From Dictyostelium discoideum (Eukaryota): a DNA stretch of 64,000 nucleotides. The stretch's first letter is position 1, and the number at the start of each line of letters is the position of its first letter. The notes beneath the pieces were generated by a model, which saw only the letters and a list, made by a program, of their open reading frames with translations, had not been told where the DNA came from and made no database searches. Below are positions 62,953-64,000 of this stretch, in pieces. Made by a program: the position numbers and the translations under genes. The stretch lies in NCBI GenBank assembly GCA_000004695.1, contig CM000152.2:736001-800000 (forward strand), in the 5' to 3' direction.

Positions 62953-63298
62953 GTATAAAAAGAAAATTTTTTTATTATCCAAATAGTCATTTTATACAAA
63001 AAATCAGTAAATCAAAGTTTAAAAATAATAATTTTATAAATCAAATAAAAAAAAAAAAAAAACCAATGCCAACTTGTAACAAACTTAAAAATAATAATTT
63101 TTATAAATATTTAAATCAAATAAAAATGTATAAAATAATTTAATAATCATTTTTATTTAAAAAAAAAAAAAAAAAAAAAAAATCAATTTTTTATTATAGT
63201 TATTTGTTGTTTTAATATGACTTGTTCAATAACAGGGTTAAAAGATTTATCTCGGACAAAACCATTTGATTCCATCTTCTAATTGTTTAATAAAAGAA

Positions 63299-63546
<248 letters not shown>

Positions 63547-64000
63547 CTTTAATTAAAGTAGATCTTTTAACTCATGGCTTTTGAACTTGGTAAATATATT
63601 TATAATACATAGAATATAATGTCCTATATTTATAATATTATTTTTTACAATTAAAATAACAATATCAATAATAAAAATAATTTTTTTTTTTTTTAAAAAT
63701 CAATTAAATTTTAATTTATTTGAAAAAAAGTAAAGGTATTTACACTTTATTTATATAATAAAAATATCTAAAAAAATAGATTTGGATAATTTTAATTTTT
63801 TTTTTTTTTTTTTTTTTTTCTATTTCTTTCTTTCTTCTCTTAGATAAACATTAAATTTTTACTTGTTCTTCAAAAACCTGCCAAATATGTTTTTCTAAAT
63901 CTCACTGGCTGTAACTCAGTATTAAAATTCTTTGTGAATACTTTTTCAACTGATCAATTGAATGGCTACCCCCTACTCAAATAATCCACTATTAAAATGC

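Overview
The window reads as Dictyostelium discoideum-type nuclear DNA, so prokaryotic concepts (operons, CRISPR) do not apply. The supporting signs are roughly 78-80% A+T, long poly(A)/poly(T) runs and trinucleotide microsatellites, short GT..AG introns with GTAAGT/GTATGT donors and occasional TACTAAC branch points, and N/Q/S-homopolymer-rich proteins. The supplied ORF track uses bacterial-style alternative start codons and ignores splicing, so I rebuilt gene models by hand from conserved protein motifs.

I can support about 20 protein-coding genes, most of them spliced:
- Recognised orthologues: SMU1, a Rab1-family GTPase, CTR9, POLE2, SPCS1, DPH6, DDX23/PRP28, MAF1, a ferroportin (SLC40), AP-3 mu, and an F-box/SPRY protein.
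- Family-level calls: a DUF885 (HExxPGHH) protein, a non-RD TKL kinase with an N-terminal beta-sandwich domain, a rhodanese-like/methyltransferase protein, a kelch-repeat protein, an ankyrin-repeat protein, and an ATF6/CREB3-like bZIP factor with a transmembrane helix.
- Orphans: a 5'-truncated coiled-coil protein at the window start, an 859-aa N-rich protein, a 54-aa basic protein, and a 409-aa multi-pass membrane protein.

The stretch from about 22.2 to 30.1 kb is gene-poor and repeat-rich. It holds a 2.5-kb segment bounded by ~130-bp terminal inverted repeats with TG...CA ends and a 5-bp direct duplication (TCAAT), which I read as a candidate non-autonomous DNA transposon. Its interior is a frame-broken S/T-rich pseudo-coding region. 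It is flanked by two ORFs with atypical G/C-ending codons, tandem duplications, and ~55-bp direct repeats that contain a perfect 20-bp palindrome. The same region also has a second decayed gene fragment and a ~210-bp near-perfect hairpin.

A GC-rich, clearly non-coding island sits in the 2.7-kb intergenic spacer upstream of ddx23. It is a candidate structured ncRNA or an element relic that I cannot classify from sequence alone.
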